From: a virus
Lineage: Duplodnaviria; Caudoviricetes
DNA length: 25,202 nt
Virus record (IMG/VR): IMGVR_UViG_3300028738_000069
Coordinates: 1 to 25,202 of that record
Reading direction: 5' to 3' (one strand)
Part shown: one piece after another, positions 18,605 to 24,951 of the stretch
Numbering within the stretch: position 1 is the first letter of the stretch
Layout of the letters: every line of letters begins with the position of its first letter
Position numbers and translations under genes: made by a program
The notes under the pieces: model-generated
Seen by the model: only the letters and a program-made list of their open reading frames with translations
Databases searched by the model: none
Told to the model about the DNA's origin: nothing

Positions 18605-18868
18605 TTAGAATGGAAGATCGTCGCTTGTATTTTTCTGTTGCGCCTGTTGCGCCTGTTGCGCTTGCGCCTGTGGCTTCCATGTATCCACACTCACGCTATG
18701 GGTGTTCCCCTTCTGGTCAATCTCCCTCAGAGTCCCAACATTCAGCGTTGCATACCGCTTTCCTTTGAATTCGCTTGTGTGCTCTTGTGGGATGTCATCA
18801 AGGCAGATGCGTAACCTCATACCGTACTTTGATTCTTTTCCTTTTCCGCAATAAATCACATTAGCCAT
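18605..18868 (-). CDS. SSB-like protein
   Basis: Short beta-rich domain, Q/A linker and acidic C-terminal 'DDLPF'; next to the SSAP. Confidence 0.6.
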   Translation of the reverse strand: MANVIYCGKGKESKYGMRLRICLDDIPQEHTSEFKGKRYATLNVGTLREIDQKGNTHSVSVDTWKPQAQAQQAQQAQQKNTSDDLPF

Positions 18869-19565
18869 TAGATACCCCGAACTCTTTAAGGTGATTATAT
18901 ACGTCTCTCATGTGAGACTCCGGTACGTCGTTGCATGACTCAAATCCGATTTCGCCAAGCCTTGCAATCAGTACGCTAGGCGATAGCTTCAACTTGGCTA
19001 CAGTTTCGAGGAATGCCTTTTTCTTTTCGCTAGCGAGTGGCTTTTTAAGCTCTTGCAATCGTTGGTTATCAGCGTCAATTTGTGCAAGCTTCGCATCCTG
19101 CTCTGGAGTTGACATTTCGACGGTGTACTTTGATCCATCCCAAAAGCCTGAATAGATAGCGGCTGCAACACCTAACTGTTTCATGGCAACAGAAAGCGCA
19201 TCTGTTGTTGCCATCTTATAGGCTTCATCGGAAAAATGCAGACCCCTTGTTTCGGCAGATGCAAGTCTTGACCCGCCAATACCTTCGATGGGTTCCGACC
19301 ATTCGCCTTTATACTTTACCCTCATGGCGATCTTAACGAACACGGCTATCTCTTCGCCTACAGTCCTCTCCCATCGGTCAACCTCTTTATACGCCCATCC
19401 AATACCAATAGGGCCAAACACCCTAGTCATGGCAAGGTAACGCCATTGAGGGTTAATATCGGTCATCCCCTTTAATCGGCCTGCACCAATCGTCTTTAGT
19501 GCGCCTGCTGGTGGATATGCTACGCTTTCATAGATTTCCGTATTATTGATTGATTCACTATTCAT
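18861..19565 (-). CDS. Single-strand annealing recombinase (Rad52/Sak-like)
   Basis: 'TDINPQWR...VFGPIGIGW' and 'EAYKMATTDALSVAMKQLGVAAAIY' Rad52-fold motifs. Confidence 0.75.
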   Translation of the reverse strand: MNSESINNTEIYESVAYPPAGALKTIGAGRLKGMTDINPQWRYLAMTRVFGPIGIGWAYKEVDRWERTVGEEIAVFVKIAMRVKYKGEWSEPIEGIGGSRLASAETRGLHFSDEAYKMATTDALSVAMKQLGVAAAIYSGFWDGSKYTVEMSTPEQDAKLAQIDADNQRLQELKKPLASEKKKAFLETVAKLKLSPSVLIARLGEIGFESCNDVPESHMRDVYNHLKEFGVSNG

Positions 19566-19788
19566 TTTCTCCTAGCTCCTCTTTGATAAATTCAAGTGCG
19601 TCATTTCTTGCCGTGCCACCGTTTTCAATCAGGTACATCCTTGCATCCATAAGTACATGTCGCAATCGGTCAATCTCTTTCAGAGCCTTGCACAAAGGGC
19701 ACTCTGAATCCTCAATGACAGCCATGCGCGTATAGGTCACGGTGTCATCGTGGAATTTGTTGTGCAGATCGCAAGTTCGAGTAATCAT
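19558..19788 (-). CDS. Small C/H zinc-binding-like protein
   Basis: C-x2-H ... CPLC. Confidence 0.5.
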   Translation of the reverse strand: MITRTCDLHNKFHDDTVTYTRMAVIEDSECPLCKALKEIDRLRHVLMDARMYLIENGGTARNDALEFIKEELGENE

Positions 19789-19961
19789 CTCCTGAGCTCC
19801 TCTAGTACGTGCTCAACAACTGGGTTCAGTACGGCACTACAGTTTTTGAGATTGATGACCGAATTTGTAATTTTCTTTTCAGCAACGCATAAAGGGCAAT
19901 CCGAAATCTTCTTTTCGTCCCACACAATTGCAGCGTACTTATGTTCGTGACATGACTTCAT
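19785..19961 (-). CDS. Small C/H zinc-binding-like protein (58 aa, not in ORF track)
   Basis: MKSCHEHKYAAIVWDEKKISDCPLCVAEKK...; ATGA overlaps with both neighbours. Confidence 0.6.
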   Translation of the reverse strand: MKSCHEHKYAAIVWDEKKISDCPLCVAEKKITNSVINLKNCSAVLNPVVEHVLEELRR

Positions 19962-20137
19962 TTCTTTACCGCCTTGATTGCTTTGCAGATTACCGTATCG
20001 ACTGTTGGCTTTTCGCTTTCATCGCAAGGGTTCGCAGCTTTCATCTTCTTCGCGATTGCTTTTTGCCGTTCCACTTCTTTTGCAACAAAGTCACGAGTTG
20101 CAAATTTTACCGATATTGTTGTGTAGCTTCGATTCAT
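19958..20137 (-). CDS. Small DNA-binding-like protein (RHH-like)
   Basis: Start at 20137 after AAGGAGA; 'YTTISVK' beta strand followed by helices. Confidence 0.5.
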   Translation of the reverse strand: MNRSYTTISVKFATRDFVAKEVERQKAIAKKMKAANPCDESEKPTVDTVICKAIKAVKK

Positions 20138-20154
20138 GTTTCTCCTTTTTGTGT

Positions 20155-20182
20155 AAGATAATAAATCTAAACGCAATTGCAA
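20155..20182 (-). promoter_or_regulatory. Putative sigma70 promoter
   Basis: TTGCAA-16 bp-TATCTT just upstream of the 20137 RBS. Confidence 0.4.
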
Positions 20183-20199
20183 GACAATATGCAAGAAAT

Positions 20200-20251
20200 A
20201 AATAACGCTGAGATTACCCGCACGTAGTGTCGTGTACATCGGTTGTTAGGC
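20200..20251 (-). other. attC site (52 bp), last in array 2
   Basis: GCCTAAC-AACCG-ATGTACAC-GACAC TAC GTGC-GGGTAAT-CTCAGC-GTTATTT; 49 bp identical to 20443-20491. Confidence 0.85.
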
Positions 20252-20423
20252 GACAGTTAGTTATCTGCATCCATCTATTCGCCTCCATTCTGCAATTCCA
20301 TGATTGTCTAAATGAGTTTCCTGCAAATCCGTTTATAGATTCTGATCCACATTCAAACCTAACTCCATCAGGTTCCATCATTCCGGGTTTGCATTGTTTT
20401 GCTTTGCATTTTGGGCAATCCAT
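20214..20423 (-). CDS. Cys-rich hypothetical protein, gene cassette
   Basis: AAGGA RBS after GTTAGGC; 'CPKC...FECGS...C'; reads into the attC. Confidence 0.55.
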   Translation of the reverse strand: MDCPKCKAKQCKPGMMEPDGVRFECGSESINGFAGNSFRQSWNCRMEANRWMQITNCRLTTDVHDTTCG

Positions 20424-20439
20424 AAAGTTCCTTTTGTTC

Positions 20440-20491
20440 GCCTAACGCTGAGATTACCCGCACGTAGTGTCGTGTACATCGGTTGTTAGGC
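20440..20491 (-). other. attC site (52 bp)
   Basis: GCCTAAC...GTTAGGC with L boxes; near-duplicate of 20200-20251. Confidence 0.9.
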
Positions 20492-21100
20492 TATGCCGTT
20501 AATAAGTCCAATTGCGCTGTTTCGTACTTGATACGCTTTTGCATTGCCGCAAAGTAGTCTTTGTCTAGCTCTGATCCTGTTAGGTCAAAGCCCATTTGAT
20601 GACACGCAATGGCTATGCTACCGCTTCCAAGATGCGTATCTAGTACATTATCTCCTTTCTTTGCGTAGTTGTGTAGTAACCATTTATATAGGGCTACTGG
20701 CTTTTGTGTAGGGTGAAATCTATCTAGTTGCATTGGGTTTATCTTTTTTATTCGTGTACCACCAGAGCGAACCCAAGCAAACTCGCACTCCGCAAAATCA
20801 CGCCCATACATTGTTTCTCCTTTATCCCAAATAGCAAAATACTGATTAGGAGGTAGATTAAAATAATTACCTCCCCAGATTATTTGATTTTTAGATATTC
20901 TGAACAGCTCAATAAAATATGATTCATCTGGTACTGCAGAATCCCATGTTTTTTTTTGTAGGCATTACAGTTTTACGAGATCCCATATTCATTTTATTTA
21001 CATCAATCCCATAAGGTGGGTCAACAATAGCCAGCTCGAAGTGCTTGTCTGGGTATTGAGCCATAAGCTCCATGCAGTCCATGTTTCGTAAATCAAGCAT
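20491..21100 (-). pseudogene. Beta-class N6-adenine/N4-cytosine DNA methyltransferase, +1 frameshift in an A9 run, gene cassette
   Basis: MLDLRNMDCMELM...IVDPPYG (motif IV), then 'HPTQKP' and 'LDTHLGSGS' (motif I). The 610 nt span is 3n+1; A8 instead of A9 at 20949-20957 gives an open 202-aa ORF. Confidence 0.85.
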
Positions 21101-21120
21101 CGTTTTAGTTCCTCGTATTA

Positions 21121-21197
21121 GCCTAACGCCAAAATAACCTGCCGATTTTGCGCGACCTTATGCTAACAAAATCGGTCGGGTTCATTGACTGTTAGGT
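21121..21197 (-). other. attC site (77 bp)
   Basis: ACCTAAC-AGTCA-ATGAACCC-GACCGATTTTG...CAAAATCGGC-AGGTTAT-TTTGGC-GTTAGGC. Confidence 0.9.
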
Positions 21198-21604
21198 CAC
21201 AGCCTAAAATTTACTCTATACATTTCTTGAGCCAATACAGATACTAGAGTTTCAGAATGTTCAATTCCATTCAACTGTAAAACTGCATGACACCATTCAT
21301 GTATTAAAGTTGCTTCCTTTTGTTGGTCTGGCATTTCCTTATCAATAAATATTCTTAGGTCTTTGATGTCACATCGCCCTAAAGATTCGTCGCTTCTCGA
21401 ATTTCTATCTCTGTTTACAACTTCAAAGCATAGTCCACAAATAATTATTTTTTTGTGTGAAAACTCTAATTTCATGGAATCATCTCTAATCAATTCTTTT
21501 GTTGTTAAAAATGCTATTACATTATCAACTTCTCTCGAGCATCCATTATTTTTTGACCACTCTGAAAATTCTCTCGCCAACGCACTTCTTTTGCTAAACA
21601 ACAT
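21197..21604 (-). CDS. HEXXH metallopeptidase-like protein (ImmA/IrrE-like fold), gene cassette
   Basis: 'LGRCD....RIFID....Q..ATLIHEWCHA......E'. Confidence 0.65.
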   Translation of the reverse strand: MLFSKRSALAREFSEWSKNNGCSREVDNVIAFLTTKELIRDDSMKLEFSHKKIIICGLCFEVVNRDRNSRSDESLGRCDIKDLRIFIDKEMPDQQKEATLIHEWCHAVLQLNGIEHSETLVSVLAQEMYRVNFRL

Positions 21605-21605
21605 A

Positions 21606-21815
21606 TTACTCCCTTATGTAGTTCAAAATTGCTTCCATCATCTCAACAAACTCATGCTCATCAAGTTCTAGTTTTTTACGGAAATATGAATCCACAGGTT
21701 TTTTATGTTTAAGGCTTACTAATCCATCTTTGATGGAAATTGAATATTGTGCAGCGGTTGAGTCTGCAAATAGAATTTCTCTTGATGCTATTACGCCTCG
21801 CGTAATTTCTTTCAT
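21606..21815 (-). CDS. Hypothetical protein, first gene of a two-gene cassette
   Basis: GGAG RBS 30 bp after the GTTAGGT core; coupled to the HEXXH gene. Confidence 0.6.
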   Translation of the reverse strand: MKEITRGVIASREILFADSTAAQYSISIKDGLVSLKHKKPVDSYFRKKLELDEHEFVEMMEAILNYIRE

Positions 21816-21846
21816 TTTTATTCTCCGTTAAATGTTCGTTCTGCTG

Positions 21847-21929
21847 ACCTAACTCTGAGATAATCCGCAAGCCAGTTGGTAACCAATGTGGGAATTATTT
21901 TGTCTTGTCGTATTCCTCGCTTGTTAGGC
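21847..21929 (-). other. attC site (83 bp)
   Basis: GCCTAAC...GGATTAT-CTCAGA-GTTAGGT; 70/83 identical to attC 16424-16506. Confidence 0.9.
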
Positions 21930-22091
21930 TATGTTTCCTAGTTTTCTTGCAACCAATTTCTTCTGTTCATGTTCTTGTTTCTCATATTGAGCCATTTCTT
22001 TTTTTACACGGTCATTTACTCGGTTAAAGAATTTATTTGAATACTCTGCGTTTCCAAATTGGGCTAAAATCTCGTAGATACACCCATCCAT
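21924..22091 (-). CDS. 55-aa hypothetical protein, first cassette of array 2 (not in ORF track)
   Basis: MDGCIYEILAQFGNAEYSNKFFNRVNDRVKKEMAQ...KLGNIA; AAGGTGG RBS; TAA stop inside R''. Confidence 0.6.
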   Translation of the reverse strand: MDGCIYEILAQFGNAEYSNKFFNRVNDRVKKEMAQYEKQEHEQKKLVARKLGNIA

Positions 22092-22125
22092 TTTAACCAC
22101 CTTTGTTCTTAGGGCACTCGCATTA

Positions 22126-22168
22126 GCCTAACATCCTAGTGACCCATGTTTTTTGCATCCTCTTATCC
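22126..22168 (-). other. attI-like site heading array 2
   Basis: GGATAAGAGGATGCAAAAAACATGGGTCACTAGGAT-GTTAGGC; homologous to 17104-17146. Confidence 0.65.
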
Positions 22169-22271
22169 GGACTCAACAGGGTAAAAAGTCCAGATAATCG
22201 CCCCACATTTTCCACTTTACCCGCGCATTGCGTTTTATCAATTCAAGATAAAGTGAATGAGTGACTAAATC

Positions 22272-22301
22272 AATGTAATAAAAATACAAGACATAACGCA
22301 A
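22272..22301 (-). promoter_or_regulatory. Putative leftward promoter reading into array 2 (Pc-equivalent)
   Basis: TTGCGT-18 bp-TACATT about 140 bp upstream of the attI-like core. Confidence 0.45.
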
Positions 22302-22410
22302 GAAAAGATAAATTATCGCCCCAAAGTGTTCCCAAGAAATTCCAATTTTCGAGAACACTTTCGCAAAAACGCTTTTAGCTTTTACCGTGAAATGACTATA
22401 TTTCCTATGC

Positions 22411-22510
22411 GCTGTCCCGAATCTCGACCATTCAACAGCATTTTAAGATTCCGTTCCCCATAGGCCGTAAAAGGCATAGCTTGTCGAGAGCTAGGACACT
22501 ATGGGGGCGG
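22411..22510 (+). ncRNA. C4/CI-like structured regulatory RNA (candidate)
   Basis: Closing stem 22451-63/22499-510 encloses hairpins GCC-GTAAAA-GGC and TAGCT-TGTCGAG-AGCTA; an upstream hairpin loop CTCGACC (22423-29) is complementary to the TGTCGAG loop. Confidence 0.55.
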
Positions 22511-22535
22511 TTTCTTGTATTTGGAGAATGAAATA

Positions 22536-22721
22536 ATGGCAATTAGTTATGATGTCACAGACCGCAAAAGGAATAGCACAAAAACAATGAAGATTGGTTT
22601 TGACTGCTTGGATACAATAAGGATTGAGATAAACTCAAACTATGAAAATGACCCAAATCCTATAAGGTCATTTTTGATTTCAAGCAAAGACTTATTTAAG
22701 ATCATAGAGAATCTAAAATGA
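22536..22721 (+). CDS. Hypothetical protein
   Basis: ATG 22536 after GGAG; ATGA-coupled to the replication gene. Confidence 0.5.
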   Translation: MAISYDVTDRKRNSTKTMKIGFDCLDTIRIEINSNYENDPNPIRSFLISSKDLFKIIENLK

Positions 22722-23569
22722 GTGGCTGGATAAAACTACATAGGGATCTTTTAAGCTGGGAGTGGTATCGAACTCCTAATATGGTTCATTTTTGGATACA
22801 TTGCCTTCTAAGGGCCAACCACCTACCGCAAAAGTGGGAGGGAATTGACGTATTTGAGGGTCAGTTTATTTCTGGACGACTTAGTCTATCTGCGGAAACT
22901 GGTTTGTCAGAGCAAGAGATACGCACTTGCCTTGCAAGGCTAAAATCAACCAACGAATTAACCAGCATATCAACCAGCAAATACACGCTATTTACGGTAA
23001 TTTCATGGAAAAAGTACCAAATTGAAGAGCCAGCCAACCAGCAACCTAACCAACCAGCAACCAGCAATCAACCAGCAATCAACCAGCAATCAACCACAAA
23101 CAAGAATGATAAGAATGATAAGAATGATAAGAATGATAAGAAGAATACAGAAACACACTATCCTTCGGATTTTGTTTTGTTCTGGAATTCTTATCCAAAA
23201 AAGACTGGCAAGGAAGCAGCTTTAAAGGCATGGAACAAAATGAAGTTTCGTGGTGACATCGGTCATATTCTTTTTGCCGTTAAACAGCAGACCGCATCTG
23301 ATCAATGGAAAAAGGATGACGGTCAGTTTATCCCAAATCCGGCTACTTGGTTAAACCAGGGTAGATGGGATGACCAGCCGACACAGATAGACCAAAAGCA
23401 AGAGCGAAGAATACCAAACAAGGTTTACTCCGATGAACCCGCCTTTGGATCTGGAAAGGGATCAAACGAATCCGTAAGCGCATACAATGAAAGGAGGCTA
23501 CGGGAAGAGATGGAGCTTTTAAACTCAAGGGAGGCTAATAATGGATTTAAGCAGATCGGACACGATTAG
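22718..23569 (+). CDS. Replication initiator (lambda O-like / replisome organizer)
   Basis: 'MSGWIKLHR' N-terminus, HTH 'LSAETGLSEQEIRTCL', internal iterons, 'FVLFWNSYPKKTGK..A.KAW' and 'PNPATWLNQGRWDD'. Confidence 0.85.
   Translation: MSGWIKLHRDLLSWEWYRTPNMVHFWIHCLLRANHLPQKWEGIDVFEGQFISGRLSLSAETGLSEQEIRTCLARLKSTNELTSISTSKYTLFTVISWKKYQIEEPANQQPNQPATSNQPAINQQSTTNKNDKNDKNDKNDKKNTETHYPSDFVLFWNSYPKKTGKEAALKAWNKMKFRGDIGHILFAVKQQTASDQWKKDDGQFIPNPATWLNQGRWDDQPTQIDQKQERRIPNKVYSDEPAFGSGKGSNESVSAYNERRLREEMELLNSREANNGFKQIGHD
23031..23142 (+). repeat. Iteron-like repeats, probable replication origin
   Basis: AACCAGCAATC x3 (23059-23091) with degenerate copies upstream, then AAGAATGAT x4 (23102-23137). 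Confidence 0.75.
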
Positions 23570-24008
23570 AAAGCTGGTAGTGGCGTGGTACATGGGAAAA
23601 GGTCAACAAGTGCCATCAGGAACCGTTTTGAGTGCTATTGTAGCATCTTACATGGATGACTTGGCAACAATACCCATGCAGCACCTAAACGAGGCCTGGA
23701 GGCGCGTTAAGGCGGAAAGTACGTATTTGCCAGAGTCTCCAAGGATAAACGCTGTTTGGCGGGATATTTGTAGCGAGATCCCAAAGATTGGAAGCGTACC
23801 ACCAAGAAAGCACGAGTGCAAGTATTGCGTGGTTGTTGCGACAAGGCTAAAGACTTTGCCAGATCCTACAGATTGGGATCTTGAAATGGCGACGCTACCG
23901 ATAACTGTAGGAGAGATTAAGTGCGTACTTGCGTATATTGGAGATAGGCGTGAGATTGTTGAATACTGGAACACTAACCAAAAATCACCTTATAGGGGTA
24001 TGCTATGA
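23541..24008 (+). CDS. Putative helicase-loader-like protein
   Basis: Directly after the initiator; 'YMDDL..IP...L.EAW..V..ESTYLP' resembles loader/inhibitor-type proteins. Confidence 0.45.
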   Translation: MDLSRSDTIRKLVVAWYMGKGQQVPSGTVLSAIVASYMDDLATIPMQHLNEAWRRVKAESTYLPESPRINAVWRDICSEIPKIGSVPPRKHECKYCVVVATRLKTLPDPTDWDLEMATLPITVGEIKCVLAYIGDRREIVEYWNTNQKSPYRGML

Positions 24009-24229
24009 TAGTCAAGAACAAGCAAAAATCAACACTTGCTGATAGCAGGGTTAAGGTGTACCACGAAATTGAAGAGGCATCAATCAGGCCGATTGAGCAA
24101 ATCCACACGAGTAACCCAGTAGTCAAGGCAGCACTAAACGAGCTTATGGAAATGGCGCATCGGAACAACAATGATAAGCGGTGCGTGATATACAACCTTG
24201 GAATGATGATCGCAATGGAGGTGGAATAA
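24005..24229 (+). CDS. Hypothetical protein
   Basis: ATGA-coupled. Confidence 0.5.
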   Translation: MIVKNKQKSTLADSRVKVYHEIEEASIRPIEQIHTSNPVVKAALNELMEMAHRNNNDKRCVIYNLGMMIAMEVE

Positions 24230-24588
24230 TGTCAGATCCGAAATGGCCTGTAGATTACACTACGCATGAAAAAGAAATTCTAATCCATATCATGACAGAA
24301 TGTGGCTATGGGCATCCAGACTACACAAATGATAAGGAACTAGATTACAAGTTCTTTGAAGATACCGACATGAGCGATCATTTGTTTGTTCTTGTTCGGG
24401 AAATCGCAAAACTTCGGGAGTATAAATTAGCTGCTGAATTTGCAATCAAAGAACTGGAATCAAAAGGTTGTGATTTGTGCTTTAATAATTTACAATCAAA
24501 TGCTCTTGGCTTTTTGCAAAATAACTATCCAGAAAGATTCAAGGGCAGCCACCGAGTCCTGGGAGCTGTGGCAAAAAATGTTTCTTGA
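24229..24588 (+). CDS. Hypothetical protein
   Basis: TAATG coupling with GGAGG RBS gives a start at 24229. Confidence 0.55.
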   Translation: MSDPKWPVDYTTHEKEILIHIMTECGYGHPDYTNDKELDYKFFEDTDMSDHLFVLVREIAKLREYKLAAEFAIKELESKGCDLCFNNLQSNALGFLQNNYPERFKGSHRVLGAVAKNVS

Positions 24589-24642
24589 TTGATTTGGGTA
24601 CACTTAGTGGGTACGGTATTTTCAATATCTCTTGATTTTGTC

Positions 24643-24671
24643 TTGCATTGTCTTACATTTGTTGGTATATT
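24643..24671 (+). promoter_or_regulatory. Sigma70 promoter
   Basis: TTGCAT-17 bp-TATATT with extended -10 TG. Confidence 0.65.
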
Positions 24672-24718
24672 ATCTCCATGGACGCAAGCAATGCCGCAGA
24701 GTCCAAAAGGAAACGAAA

Positions 24719-24889
24719 ATGAAAACTTTAATCGCAGTAAGAACTTCAGACTCAAAAGAACTTTTAGTGCATAGTGATTTTGGTGAAGATCAAGAAATAT
24801 TTGGTGATCTTTACATTTCAGACGAGATGGAGGATTATATCACAAGTGAACTAGGCGATTCTTATACTTTGAAAATTATTGAAGAATAA
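24719..24889 (+). CDS. Small acidic hypothetical protein
   Basis: AAGGA RBS, ATG 24719. Confidence 0.5.
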   Translation: MKTLIAVRTSDSKELLVHSDFGEDQEIFGDLYISDEMEDYITSELGDSYTLKIIEE

Positions 24890-24951
24890 TTTGTCCCCAA
24901 TGAAAATAACCACTGCGGGGACTGCAAACCCGCTAACTTTGAGGAAATTTA

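Larger units (their letters stand above)
20200..22168 (-). mobile_element. Integron-like cassette array 2 (attI-like site, 4 cassettes, 4 attC)
   Basis: Cassettes 21853-22131, 21127-21852, 20446-21126 and 20206-20445; each starts with (G)TTAGGY and ends with an attC. Confidence 0.9.

Noticed and set aside
18636-18672. TTGCGCCTG short tandem repeat
   Set aside because: Encodes the Q/A linker of the SSB-like protein; in-frame low complexity.
20138-20239. N-terminal extension of ORF 19958..20239
   Set aside because: Runs through the attC and promoter; a strong RBS supports the start at 20137.
20200-20491. CRISPR array suggested by two identical ~49-bp palindromic repeats
   Set aside because: Only two copies, separated by a 190-bp gene-containing segment; they have attC boxes and no cas genes are present.
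22173-22358. 61-aa minus ORF as a possible repressor
   Set aside because: No HTH pattern or clear RBS; overlaps the predicted promoter region.
23044-23050. ACCTAAC core-like heptamer
   Set aside because: Inside the iteron region of the initiator gene, with no L box or partner core; a chance match.
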